Below are positions 12,934-25,346 of a DNA stretch of 64,000 bases, one piece after another. The translations under genes were made by a program, and so were the position numbers. This stretch comes from Eutreptiella sp. 'Long Island Sound 2002'. Its lineage: Eukaryota; Protista; Euglenida. How positions within the stretch are numbered: position 1 is the first letter of the stretch; the number at the start of each line of letters is the position of its first letter. Where the stretch lies: assembly GCA_964036045.1 (NCBI GenBank), contig OZ038378.1, forward strand, positions 181,536,001-181,600,000, in the 5' to 3' direction. The notes below the pieces were generated by a model that worked only from the letters and a program-made list of their open reading frames with translations, was not told the origin of the DNA and searched no databases.

Positions 12934-13959
12934 CTACAGAGAGGGATGTGGTATTTCGGGGTCTGCGTCCTATGCCTGAGGATCGCACACTGACATGCGA
13001 GTGCAAGACTGGGCGTGTTTCCAATCATCGGTGACAATCGTTGGGTTGGAATCCTCGGCCTTGGGGTCTCAGGAATATTTGGCATCGGCTTGTGGACAAG
13101 CCTAAAACCTTGCCCCTGCAGCCATAGACCCCACAACATCAGACTGCAATCACTGGGAAACCAGTCAGGTTCGAAAACCATTTTTAAGGTCTAGGGGGAA
13201 GGTACCCTTTCTAGCAAGCAGCAGCAGCCAGCAGCAGGAAGCACGCGCAAAAAGAGAAAAAAAGGCAGAATTCCTTTCTGGTTGTTCGGTATTAGCCAAA
13301 ATTTTGGTGGATGATACCTATGATTGTGAAGTAAAACCACACAAAGATTGAGCAAGAAACTAGACAATGGCAGCCAGAGGCACAGAACACTTGCATGCTA
13401 TTTGCATACCGCCAACGCCCCATTGGCAACAAGGATTGGTGCACTGGGCACATGCTTGCGCAAAATTCTGGGTCAAAGACAATTTTTTCCAAAATTGGAA
13501 ATGGACCACTTGGGATGCTGAAACAAGTGGTTTCATCCTGTTTTGACCCCATGGTGACGGTTTTGGTCCCCTGAAAGTTTGAGAAAAGCTTAAAAAGGGG
13601 GTAGTTTCGGGACCAAAACAGGGCCCACCTCATGACAATGCGTTTCAGAGTCAAACCTTACTGCATCATTGCTGCTGTCATTTGCCCTTCCATGCAGTCA
13701 TTCCCATATCCGTCAAGGTCGGAGGGGAGTCTCCACCGCAAATGATGTTGGAGGTGCAACACAAGGCCAAGGATTCCGGATCACCGATTGGTGCCCATCA
13801 GTGGCGTGCTGCATGTCCAACGCAGTTTGTGTGTGTGGTTGGGGGGGGGGGGGTTACAAGGCCACACCGTTTCGATCCCACCCAGGGCCAAAGGAGGCCT
13901 GTACCCTTCATTCCTGAGATCAGCGCTTGGCAGGCCAAGCAGTTCCACTGTCCACTGCT

Positions 13960-14125
13960 GCGGCTGCTGTGGTGTCTGCCGCTGCTGCTGCTGCTGCGGG
14001 GTCTACTATTGCTGCTGCTGTGGTTTCTGGTGCCGCTGCTTCTGTATTGTCTGCTGTGCTGCTGCTGCTGCTGCTGCTGGTGCCGCTTCAGTATCTGGTG
14101 TTGCTTTGGTTTCTGCTGCTGCCGC
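13960..14125. repeat. Degenerate (CTG)n repeat
   Basis: Direct inspection; source of the spurious polyQ/C/A/L ORFs. Confidence 0.85.
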
Positions 14126-14276
14126 TGCCCAGGGGACACTGTGTGTGCGTTTCCTGGTAATCCCAGCACCGTCGCACTAAGTGCCTGTGAAAGCACCGGC
14201 CCCAACGGGTATGCGGCACATGTCCGGCGATTGAAGGGTCAGGGAAAGAGGGAAGCGCCACATGCCGAGGGCACAC

Positions 14277-14440
14277 CTCATGGCCTTGGACCAGCAGCGC
14301 AACGAAATGCCCCGAAGATGCGACATGTAAAATGGTGTGACTGACGCGCCAAATGTAGCGCCATGGCCCGGGCGGCACCTGCTCCCACACGTCGCGCCCG
14401 GAGCTGTACAGAATCGCGTTGGCCTCGTCTTGCAATATAT
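14277..14440 (-). CDS. Gene B exon: ILQDEANAILYSSGRDVW...HVASSGHFVALLVQGHE
   Basis: cctgttcAG / GAG|gtgtgc; joins in phase 0 to 12933, giving the propeller-like GHFVALLVQGHE|VVVVDRRESRCVAVV. Confidence 0.7.
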
Positions 14441-15899
14441 CTGAACAGGTCTGATTGGACGGTTCAGGACGACGAAGGGATGGGGGGCGCTGGCAGATGT
14501 GGGTTGTGGAGGGTGAACCATAAACATCAAGAGCAATGGACCGGCCAGCATTTGCAGTCTTCTTTCAACGGCACATTTTCAACGCCATACTACGGCCTGA
14601 TACAACCCGTGAAAAAAATAGTTTCGCAGAAGAACAGGCCCTGAATGTTTTGCAACAAAATGTGCTGCAAGAAACGCAAAGATATACACACACGCATGCG
14701 TAGGGCGAGGAAACAGAGCACAAAGCGGTTATCTGAGTGCCTTGTCAGGCTGCGGACAACAAAAATGGTGCCTAAATCCCCCCCCCCCCCCTCGGACTTG
14801 GACTCGAAGTGTGCATCTGGATGCACCTGGTCAACGGCACGGGCAACAGCCCGTCTCCGGGACAGCCGACCCTGGAGTAGACAAACAGGACAAGTCATCC
14901 GGGGGCTCCGTTGACACAACCAAAACACGTTCGGGCCCACAGAGGGTCAGAATGAACAGTGGTGAGAGGCCAATAGGCGCCGCCAAAGGCAAACAATCAG
15001 ATACCGAGGCCTTGTGCCAACCCCCCCCTCCACACACAAACACACACTTATGGAAAACCATATTGCCGGAAATATCCCGTGCTTTGGTAAAAGTGCCGTT
15101 GTTCTCGAGGTGCTTGAAGTTAATCAGAAGGGAGAGGTGCGGAGCCTGTTCATGATGTCACTGTGACAAGACCCCACCCACTAACATCATGACTCCCAGC
15201 GGAAAATGGCAATTGGCCTGTTGTGGTACTCCACGGGTCTTGGGGACGTCAATGTGCACAGCCGGGCTCAAAGGGTACTGCCAGTGTTTTAGGGTTGATT
15301 TTTGTTTCGCCGGATGTTTTGTTGGAAGTTGTTTTGGAAACTTTATGAGAAAATATGGCAAAAAATGAAGAAGTAGATTTCTTGAGAAAAAATCCAAATA
15401 TCCAGTAAATGAGACTACCCGGGTTCCGATGAGCTTGCTACCTCTGTGGCCTCCACTCTGTTGGCGCACGCGCTGGCAAGCTTCTTCATCCTTCCCAGAT
15501 GTTAAAATATGGAAGGTGCTCTCCCATTGGGGCGCGCCATTTGAATATACACCCCTGACTGTGTGTGAGAACGCTGGGGGTTCCGTGGCGGGGGGTGGGA
15601 GCGGATCTAGCTGGCCGGGCGGCCAAGGCAAAATCTTTTTGCCCCAATATACACACCTCAAAATGACAGTGCAACACCATGATCATTTTGAGGTATGTTG
15701 TGGTAACGGAACTTTTTGGAAAAATTTTTTGCCCCCTCTGCGGGGCGTTTCCAAGCAGCCGTGGTGGGGGGCAGGCCGCCAAACGATTGGTGGGCCGTTG
15801 GGGGAGGACGGTGGCGGAGTGGGGCGGCACAAACTGTCGGTAACCCCAGCCCCTTCACGCGCATGCCCCGCTCTGGGGCGAGGGGCAATCAGGTCACAC

Positions 15900-16208
15900 C
15901 AGAGCCTCCACCGCAGCGGATGTGTTGATGGTGCCTGTGGACCAGCAGTCCGGCGGGGACTCGTCCACGGCCATCCATTGAATGGAGGTCGTGCCCCGCG
16001 TTGCCGTGAGGACGCACGTCTGGTCGCCGCACTTCGCGATCTCCACAGCGCAGAGGCTGCGCCGCGGGAATCGGCAGGCGGTTTCAAAGGACGGGCTGCG
16101 GGTGATGACGAGCTCTTCGGCGTACATGAGCACGAAGAGGGGCTGACCGTCGACTTCGGCGGCGCGGAGGTGGCGCAGGGGCGTTCCTTTGGCACAAAAC
16201 CCAGGGAC
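15900..16208 (-). CDS. Gene B exon, beta-strand rich: VPGFCAKGTPLRHLRAAEVDGQPLFVLMYAEELVITR...SAAVEAL
   Basis: ccttttcacAG / CTG|gtgtga, 309 nt, strong GC3 bias. Confidence 0.75.
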
Positions 16209-16340
16209 CTGTGAAAAGGTGGTCCATGATCAGGGGCGCCTTTGTGATGTGTGTTTCGGGACATGATCAGGTCTGCACTGGGAAATCAAAACATAGATGC
16301 CCTCGATGGAGATGGCGCCGCACATCCCCCCCCCCCCCCC

Positions 16341-16760
16341 TGTGTGACATTCCGTCTGATTGTTGCTTTACGGGGCCCTGGACAGTCACCCGTTCTTTCC
16401 TTCGCATGTTGCGTCGGGTTGCTGCGTTCTGTCGGCTGCTGCGGCCGGTGCTCTTGCTGGTGTCGTTTCCGCCTTCGCGGAGCCCAGTAGTTGGTGTGTC
16501 GGGGCCCACCATATGTCCTTTTCCCCCTCAGGGCTGGTCTGCCCCTGATGGGCTCCCGCTCCTGTTGCGCAAACAGCCCATCTGGGCTGCGGGAGACACC
16601 CCCCACCTGATGCCGGTTGAGCAGGGGTTGCCCTGACACCCGGTAGCGACGGGGCTGGCTGGCCAAGCCATCCCCTTTATTGTCGCTGCCTCCCATGCGC
16701 ACGCTCTCCCATCCCCTCCATTCTGGTTCCCTGTTCCCGCTGTTCTGGTTGCCTCTCCTG
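16341..16760 (-). mobile_element. R1 copy 2, internally deleted; distal part matches 7895-8110
   Basis: Same conserved end; 16525-16745 is near-identical to 7895-8110. Confidence 0.8.
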
Positions 16761-17853
16761 CCTTGCTGTGCCCCTCCTCCTTGTCTGCTGTGCCCGCCCT
16801 TGTCCCCCCTGGTGTGGCTCCCGCGTTCTGTGTGTCTGTGTTGCTCCTCCCCCTGTCTGTTGGCGCTCCTGGGTGCCCCTGTCGCGCACCCCCTCCTGTC
16901 CCACCCGCCTGCCCTCCCGTACGCGGGTTTCGCATCTCTGTACGACGTGGACTGTCCCATGTGCGGTTGGCTGGTCACGCCCTGTGGCCACCCCCGTGGC
17001 GGGCACCTCCTGGCGCGCGGGGCGCAGTTCCCGCCCCCCCGCCCCGGAGGAAACCTGGGCTATTGCACGTGTGCACAAAAGGCGACCAGCACAAAAAGCG
17101 CAGGAAGAAAATGGCTCGTCAGTGGCCTAGAAGACCATGGGCACCTTTCTGTCACAAAGAATGCAACGCCAAGACAACCTGTCGGTAGGACACCAACAAG
17201 TTGGCAGCAGCCCTGCAGCGGTACGCAATGGGTAGCCCTCGCGAAGCAGGGACTCCTGGATCTGCCCTACAATGCCATGGAGTTCACACAGGGGGAGAAA
17301 TTAATGGAAATGCTGAGTCCCCCCCCCCCCCCCCTGCGGACATGCTCATCTGCTGCACCAGTTATGGCGGGGGGGGTGTTTGTGGTTTTGTGGCCCCTCT
17401 ATCGTCAACTTGACCCTTGCAGAGTCCTTTCAGGCGGTCCTTCAAGAGGGTCCGGTGTGGGAGGGGGTTCATTCAGGGGGTCCCTGTCAGGGGGGTTATC
17501 GGGTGCTAAGGTAGGGTTAAGGTTATTGGTATGGGGGGTAGGTATGTGGGGCTATGGGGGAGAGGTGTGTGTGTGTGTGTGTGTGTGACGCCCAAATCTT
17601 TCAAATCACGCTCAAACTGCGAGGTTCAACAACTATATCGTACCACTATGCGACCGAACCATGTGTGTGTGGGGGGGGGGGGATGCCATATTAAAGAGGA
17701 AGACCTGCATGGGTCTACGGGCCGCATGCTAAAAAAGACAGGGAGGGGTGCCCGCAGATGAGCCCCCGCACCAGTCGGTGGGTGGAGAGAGGGCTCCTCT
17801 CCCCCGCATGCGGCCCCCGCCTAGGCCAGAGCCTCTCTGGGGGGGGGGGTGTT

Positions 17854-17897
<44 letters not shown>

Positions 17898-18557
17898 GCG
17901 GGGGGGGGGGGGGGCGGGGGTTATGGCAGGTGTCCCGCACAGAGATGGGCCTGAGGTGGATTGCCCACACATTCCCATGTCACATCCTCATCTCGAGGTG
18001 GCTGCCCTGTCTGGCAACGCCGGCGTCATCAGGCACGTGGCGCGCGCATACTGAAACCGATCCCCATACTGCCTGCAGTGGCAGTACAGCCTCGGGCATG
18101 GGCTGTGGAGCGACTACCCTGCGGCCGTGCAGCAGCAGATTGCTGAGTCTGTTGCGCCTCAAGGCTTGAAAAAAACCCAGCGGGCACTGGCATCGTGGGG
18201 TTTAAGCATGACACGCAGGTGCATTGGTGGGTCAAGCAGGTCGGGTGGGATGGGGTGGGTTTGGGCCGGGGTTTCTTGATGATACGTCAGCAGCGGCGCT
18301 GCTTGACCGCCAGTTGCCATCCTCCGGATGCACATGAAGTGAAAAAAGAGCTCAAGGCCTGAGGGCTGGGCAGGGGGGCGGGGCAATGGAGACCCGTGGG
18401 CCAGGCTTCTCCCTCCCCCGCTGTGGGAAGTAGATGCAAGCAACAAGCCCTGTATTCTTGTGGCACAAAAAGGAGAGCAAAGAGAAAAGACAATCAGAGA
18501 CGTCAAGAGAGGATCGTTCGCGCCAGCTGCCTGCCACGACCGATAGCCCTACCCCTC

Positions 18558-18850
18558 GTGACATTCCGTCGGGTTGCTGTATCTTTATGGGGCCCTGACA
18601 GTCACCCGTTCTTCCCTCCGCAAGCTGCGTCAGGTCCATGCTTTCTGACCGCCGCTGCGGCCTGTGTTCCTGCTGGTGTCCCTTCCATGTCAGCGGAGCC
18701 CAGTAGTTGGTGCACTGGGGTTGTGCTGGTTGCCGTGGGGGTCGTTTTACAGTTGTTGCTGCCCACTCCCCTCCGCATCCTGGTCGCCCACCACATATCT
18801 CGCCACATGTCTCGCCGCGTTTCCGTGTGCATGAGGCCCAAAGTTGTTCC
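18558..18850 (-). mobile_element. R1 copy 3
   Basis: Same conserved end and body. Confidence 0.8.
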
Positions 18851-20217
18851 AACCCTCCGCGTGTTATCCTGGTCGTCCGCCACCTGCCTCACCACATTGC
18901 CATGTGCGTGAGGCCCAATCACTCCACCTCTCCCCGTGGTGCACGTGGGCATCACGCGCACCTTCATGGTTTCCGCGGGTGTCGTGCGCACCTCTGGACC
19001 ACAGCCCCCGGCTACCATGGCGGGTTCCATGGCGGGCTACCTGTGTGCGTCCCACTCTTGATGTTGAAGGTGGCGTTGTTCCCTGGCGTGTCTGCCACGA
19101 CCGATGCCCCCCCCCCCCCCCTTGCAAGAGCAACACCAAAGTCCCGAACTTTGACGGAAACAACACCTACCATTGCTCTGACAAGGGGGCGTATTTATAA
19201 CGGGCAAAGAAGGACACAATTCCAGAAGTTGCTGAAACAACACCCGCTGTTGCTTGACAAGGGCATTGCTCTTGCAAAGGGGGGGGGGTACGACTAAAAG
19301 TTGGTTGGGTCCAAGGCCCACTGGACACATTGATCAACCCTTTGGGACCAGGGATTGCTGACGATAGACAACGACTACTTTTGCACTGTAAAAAGAAACG
19401 AGGCAGCGTGAAGGCCCCCAAATGCGTCTCGAATGACATGACGGGCTGTGGCACAGACAAGAAATACGGCAAACACCGAGAGGCATCAGAATTGCGGACG
19501 CCCTGCCCCAGTCCGTCCACCCGCGCAGAGGCCAGGGAGCAGGAAAGAGGCAGGAAGGCAGAGAAAAATGAATCGCTGTTCCAATCACAACACTGCGGAG
19601 AACAGGGCCCCTGGCGACGCAAATGCCACGGCTTCGGGGCAAGTGTGTGGCACTGAAACTTATCCACACCCCCCACCCCCGCCCCCTCCAAAAGGGCTCC
19701 ATTGACCGGAGCCCCTTCGAGCCCCCCCGTCCGTAGTGGCACCCGAATTTCAGAAAAAGTGAAAATGGTATTTTGGAATCCGCATGACGAGAGGGTCCAG
19801 AAGAACAATTGTTTGTCAAGGATTCAGCAGAATCTTTCTTTGAGTAGTTTGTTTTTGGACCAGTGTTAGAAGCGCTTAAGGAAGCGGTTAGAATGGGCTG
19901 AAAAAACGATTTCGAGCAGTAGTGTCGGTAACTACCGGCGTGTGTGTGGGGGGGTACACATATTGGGGTATGGGTGTGACATGTGTCACACATATCTCTC
20001 TGGGACATCCAGAACGTGCCAACACGGAGCAAATTCGCATTTTTTCAGGGTTTTCTCACGTTTTGGTCCAATGCACTAAAATTTCGTTCCGTAGGGGGGG
20101 GGGGGGGATGGACTGCAAGGGTAGGGCGGGTGGGTCGGAGGCGCACACGGATGGTAAAGAGGGTGGAGCACGTCCAGGCGTCGGGGTCATGGTACGCCGA
20201 GCAAAAGCACACAACAC

Positions 20218-20521
20218 CTCTTCCGAAGGCGCGTCACTCCACTCCAACACATGGATCGGCAGTCGGAACAAGGAGCCCACGGTACTTCCGAAGAACACGT
20301 CGTCGGCACTGAACTCTGCCAACGAGCAAAGGGGCGCTTTGCCATTCACAGCGGGACAAGCAGACCCGCAACGCCGGTGGCACATCAGAAGAGCCCCTGT
20401 CCCTAAGCCGCAGCGGGTCCATCGTGCACCCTTGACCCGAAACTCAGCCTTGCCCTTGGCCCCGTGGGTCAGGTAAAGCCCCCGGCGTCGAGTCCCTGGG
20501 GCGGTCCGTGGCGGGGCTATC
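20218..20521 (-). CDS. Gene B exon, beta-propeller-like: ...LCSLAEFSADDVFFGSTVGSLFRLPIHVLEWSDAPSEE
   Basis: tcccgtAG acceptor, GAG|gtgttg donor; ends in phase 0, matching the 16208 exon. A small upstream exon 20810-20734 also fits in phase. Confidence 0.6.
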
Positions 20522-20903
20522 CTACGGGAAACGTTTGCCTGGCGGGCCACTCTTTGGCAAGGGCACGAAGCCCCCGCCCAACTCGTTGCTCCCCAGAGAG
20601 AAGTCCGGAGGCAGAGCAACGACCCGCCACCCCACAAGCCCAATCAAGCCCCACACCCTCACACCCAGTGCACACCCAGTGCCCTCTTTCCCTTCGCCTG
20701 ACGCACGCCCAGCGACCGGGGCCTTACGTGAACCTTTGGAATCCGTTGGCCGAGGAGTGCTTTGCCGTCGAAGGCAACACAATGTTCAACGTTCCGTTGA
20801 GTGCTGGGCCCTGCGCTTTGAACATTGTGGCAATGGCCGCGACAGTGCGCAGAAGCACCGTTGGAGGAATTCATGCGAGAGAGCGCGTGACAGGCTTGTG
20901 TTA

Positions 20904-21560
20904 GGGGGCGTTTTCGCACAGCGCGCGCACAGCGCCAATTATTACGGTGATTATCCAGGTAACAACCCTGAAAACCACCCACCTGCGGAATCATGCACAA
21001 TCAATTCAAAACTCAAAAATTCAAACATCTGATGCTTGCCATGGGTCCCAGGGACCTAAATTCTGCCCCCTATAGCCCCGTCCACTGCAGCAGCCATTCA
21101 ATGACGTCATTTCAATCTTCTGAACTTACCGAACTCCCGGTGGTGGAGAACAGCCAACTTTTTGCACAGCGCGTGCACAGCGCACGGTACGCCCCCTTAT
21201 GCTGGCACCCATTGGGCCAACTTGCTGCGCTACCCGCCAGCCAATGGCAAGGGAGGTGGGTGTGTGAGGTTCATCATCGTGTCACACCGCCGTGGGGACC
21301 ACTAACTCTGCAACTCCGGGAAGGGGGTCCCTTTGAGCCTGTCTCCCAGAGGGGGCGTCTTCGCACAGCGCGGGCACAGCGCCAATTATTACGTTGTTTA
21401 TCCCGGGAACACCCCTGAAAACCACCCCCCCCCTACAGAAGCGTGCATGATCCATTCAAAACAGCATCGGGGGTGCAGAATTCAGGACCCTGGGACCCGT
21501 GGCTACCGGTGGTGAAAAACAGCCAACTTTTCGCACAGCGCGCACACAGCGCACGGCGCA
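20904..21560. repeat. Two direct copies of a ~210-290 bp unit, each bounded by ttcgcacagcgcgcgcacagcgc
   Basis: Motif at 20911, 21161, 21360 and 21530; bodies 20935-21160 and 21384-21530 are similar. Confidence 0.8.
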
Positions 21561-22126
21561 CGGTGCGCCCCAAGAGCCCCCCACCCCCCCAAAAATCAGG
21601 TTCTAAGGGCCAGGCCCAGCAAAAGCATCGCAGAACGTCTCAAACTGCTCACAAAAGTGATGTCATGCGTCATTCAGGCAAAGCTGGTTCACCCCTCGCT
21701 GTTTCCAAAACACCGCTCCGGACCCATGCGAGTCAGAAAGACTAAGGCCCAGCCCTGTTTCCCAGCCCCCCCCCCCCCCCCAATTTACACTGGCTCGAAG
21801 GGCCCCACTCCCGGGAGGTGCAATGGCCCGCGGGCCCAGACCAACGTAGGCCAGGATGCCCTCAGCCCGACTGACACACCATCCGATGTAGCTCACACTT
21901 GAATCAGCCACACAACTGCGTCGGACCTCAAAATTGGCATTTGGTACCCCCTCCCCAAAAAAACAAACTGCCTTTTTGGAACGGTCGGTCCCAAAAGGGA
22001 CACCGATGAAGACAAGACGAGGGGCTCACGGACCATTGCGGGACTGCCATATCAAAGAGTAATTTTTTCTCAATTCGTTCCCCAAACGGACGCAGTGAGG
22101 TCTCCCGGTGGCCAAAATTGGGCCAC

Positions 22127-22287
22127 CGCAGCACTCATCGGGCCGGTATCCTCCACAACCCCCTGCCGTATCGGGGTCCCCAAGGCGGCGAAGAAATGGA
22201 TGGCCCCTTGGCTCGCGATGATTGGGGCCTTCAAGGCGACACGCTTGCCCGGCGCCGTCCCGACGCGGCAACGTTCCCCCTTGGGCT
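22127..22287 (-). CDS. Candidate gene B exon: EPKGERCRVGTAPGKRVALKAPIIASQGAIHFFAALG...
   Basis: CAG acceptor, high GC3 in this frame; donor position uncertain. Confidence 0.45.
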
Positions 22288-23350
22288 CTGGGTGATACGC
22301 CCACAGGAACGGGAGGGGTGGGGGTGTGGGGGGGGGGGGATATCCCAGGCATATCATCGAAACCGCATTTCCTGCGGGGCACAGAACATGACGGCAGGAG
22401 AGGGGGTGGCATACCGATGGTACAGACGTCTCGAACCATCCTGAAGCTCCTCGTGAGCTGCGCTTGCTGCGGGGTCTGGGAAGCGCAGGGAGGGGAAGGC
22501 ATACCGGCCCCCAGGGCCTTCCAAGGGATGCATTGGAGGGGGGGAGCCCCCCCCCCCCCCCCGTGCACGGCGCCCAGTCTACGCCCAGCCACTGTCTCCC
22601 TGACGGCAAGTGCCAGATTCAATGGCATTTGTATCCTACAGTAACCGCCCCCAACCGCTTTGGCAACCTCCTCCCACCGCCTGTCTAACCGCTTCTGGGA
22701 CCGCCTCCGAGGTCCCTTCCCTTCTAGTGCCACCCTGGGCCTTCCCCCTCATCCGCCATCCCCACGTGACAGTGCCGTGCTGGTGCTGCTTGTTGTACAG
22801 CCCCGGAAACGCTGTGGCATGGGGTCGCCAATCACCGCATGCCATGGGGCCCGCTCCGCACACCCCTGGGCGCTTGGTGGGGCCACACCACATTGGCAGC
22901 AGGGCTTCAGGCTCGCGGGGTCACCAAGGACACCCTTGTGCCTGGGGCCGCTTATCACTTATGCCCCCGTCCGGGACCCCGTTGGAGAGACCCCAACGGG
23001 GTACCCCCTGGTCAGGCGTGATGTGCTGTGACAGCTGAGCCTCGTAACCTGCGCTCACAAAATTTTGCGTTGCCGCATCCGACGGTGAACGAGCGTTTGG
23101 GTACGTGGACTGGCCTGAACAGACTGGCCTGGGCTCAACCAGAGATTGAAGGCGAGTGGGAAATTGCCCCCCGGAGGGGGCGGCACAGAGTCCCAACGAA
23201 GCAGAGGGGAGAGCGGGGGAGGGGACATGGCGCTTTGTGGGGGAGGTCTTGGGATTTTCAAGTCGATTTGTTGAAGCTGAAGACTTGCACTTGTGACCCT
23301 ATTTTCAGCGCAAGAAATGGATGCGTGTCTGAAACGGGCTACGAGGGGGA

Positions 23351-23572
23351 GGGGGGATTGCGGTCAGGGAGCGTCAAATCCAATGGCGAAAAATTGGGGA
23401 AAATTGCGGGAAAATTGCGGCGCCGTAACCAAACGCCCCGAAGCCTCAAGGAGCAACACCTCTGCACAGGGGACACACAGGGCACCAACAAGTACGCAGG
23501 GGGGACAGGCAAAAAGCAATTGCGGAGACACATCGCGGAAAATTACGAAGAATTGCGGACCTCAATCCCCCC
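23351..23572. mobile_element. MITE-like element, copy 1
   Basis: Terminal inverted repeat GGGGGGATTGCGGTC / GACCTCAATCCCCCC (14/15), internal AAATTGCGG repeats; second copy at 51782. Confidence 0.65.
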
Positions 23573-24429
23573 CCCCCCCCCGCCCGTTGGCAGTCGCCGC
23601 CGTCGCGTCCCCTGAGACCGGACAGCACCACACCCGCTGCCACACCGGGGGTCCGGCCCTCTCCAGTGCCCTGGCGGGCACCTGGGCGTCACCCTCCACG
23701 TCCGTCCCTCCATTCGCGCCTCCCCCATTCACAGCTCCGCTCCCTCCCGCGTACTCACACGGCCGTCACCCCGGAAGAGCTGTGTTCCAGCTCACAGTCT
23801 TTAGCGTCTCGTTTTGTTGACTATTGTCCGGTGACAATCGGAAACAGCACAATAACACTGTCCACTGTGGGACAATCGGAGAAGCCAAACAAGTGTAGTC
23901 CGAAATGCCTTGCCTCTGCACTGCAGGTAAAACAAGACGGGGGTCGCACGGGGGACTGTTCGGTCTAGCTCGGGGAAAAATGCTCGCGACCTGCAGCCTG
24001 AGCGAGAGCCGTGGGTGGGCAGGGGTGGTATGGAGTTTTGGGGGTAGGAGAGTGCGGCAAAGGTCCCCTGCTTCCTTGGCTGACCCAAGAGTGCATTGCC
24101 CTGCAGTGAGCTACGCCCATCAAACAGCACGGGTGCTGCACATGACAGATACTTACACCCAACAGGCTTGAGGGGGGGCACTTGCATCGTGCGCACCAGA
24201 AAACGGCCCCAGGCATAAAAGGAGCCCCACAAGCAGGCAGAAACAGCAAACCACACAATCACAGTGCTCCAGCATTGAAATCAGTCTGAGGTTCCTGCTG
24301 GACGGCGATCAGGCACAAGCCTCAGCACCTCCACAGGGCTCCCTTCTCACAGACACCAGACACCTTGTGCCCCCTTGCACCCCTTGCACAGGGCACACTG
24401 CCACCCCCCGCCCCCCTTGTAATCCCCAC

Positions 24430-24443
24430 CCCTAATGTCAGGC
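24430..24443 (+). repeat. Left target-site duplication of the LINE
   Basis: CCCTAATGTCAGGC, identical to 33340-33353. Confidence 0.85.
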
Positions 24444-24724
24444 ATGCGGAGGTTCCCCAGCGCGAAGAGGCCGCCTGGGTTTTGCCATGGGAGGTAGCTC
24501 GCCTCCCAAAACACTCGAAACCGCATGCCCCCCCCCCCAGGGACAGCCAGCAAGAACCTCCGGGGGCGAGAGTTGGGACCCTCCCCCATGCGCCCTGGGC
24601 CATGAACCGACATGAGCCCCGTTAGAAACAGCCTCAGCTGGCCTGTGGCCATGCACAACTGAGCCAGCCCCGGGGGGAACCAGCCTGGACGGCCCCCCGG
24701 CGCGCCCCCCCTGACAACGCGGGG

Positions 24725-25040
24725 CCAAAAGCCTGTGGTGAGGCCCTCGCGCACACGCTGGCCCGGGCCCCAATAACCTCCTGGTGAGGAGCCCGGCGCC
24801 TGGGGGGGTCGCCAAAAGCCTGTGGTGAGGCGCCCCCCCCCCCCCCTCCTGTGCTGGCCCGGGCCCCAATAACCTCCTGGTGAGGAGCCCGGCGCCTGGG
24901 GGGGTCGCCAAAAGCCTGTGGTGAGGCGCCCCCCCCCCCCCCCTCCTGTGCTGGCCCGGGCCCCAATAACCTCCTGGTGAGGAGCCCGGCGCCTGGGGGG
25001 GTCGCCAAAAGCCTGTGGTGAGGCGCCCCCCCCCCCCCCT
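24725..25040 (+). repeat. Tandem ~96-bp monomers in the LINE 5' UTR
   Basis: ccaaaagcctgtggtgagg recurs at 24725, 24812, 24908 and 25005 (spacing 87, 96, 97), with near-identical units containing long C runs. Confidence 0.9.
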
Positions 25041-25346
25041 CCTGCACTGCCCTGCCGCCCCCCCTTGCCCACGCCCTCCACGAGCTCCGCCACACTTGTG
25101 CGCCCCTCTGCAGGGTCACTGACCAAGCGGAGAGGGACGCCAGCGCGCTCCGAAGAGCACCCCACAGCGCGCGCACTGCCGCGCGCCACCAAGCAGCACC
25201 TCGCGCGCCGCCCTCCAGCCTCGCGCGCGCCAGCAGCACAACAACGCACGCACAGCGACCACCAACAAACCCTAGCGCCAACGCCTGCTGCACACGCACG
25301 TCACCCGACCCGCTCTTCAGGCCGGCCTCTCTCCCCTGCAGACAAC

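Noticed and set aside
13160-13185. tRNA B-box-like GGTTCGAA (also 60160; A-box-like TGGCTCAGT at ~52720)
   Set aside because: No cloverleaf or correctly spaced A/B box pair
13798-14205. PolyQ/polyS protein
   Set aside because: Translation of a degenerate (CTG)n tract; every frame gives homopolymers
17505-17530. Interstitial telomeric repeat (gtagggttaaggtt)
   Set aside because: Only one or two degenerate units
20811-20875. Non-canonical (euglenid-type) intron boundary upstream of exon 20810-20734
   Set aside because: A canonical in-phase CAG exists at 20813-20811, so there is no need to invoke a non-GT-AG intron
24444-24530. Hammerhead ribozyme at the LINE 5' end (GAAGAG...CTCGAAAC)
   Set aside because: The core reads GCGAAGAG, not CUGANGA, and no stem I can be formed; kept only as a generic structure
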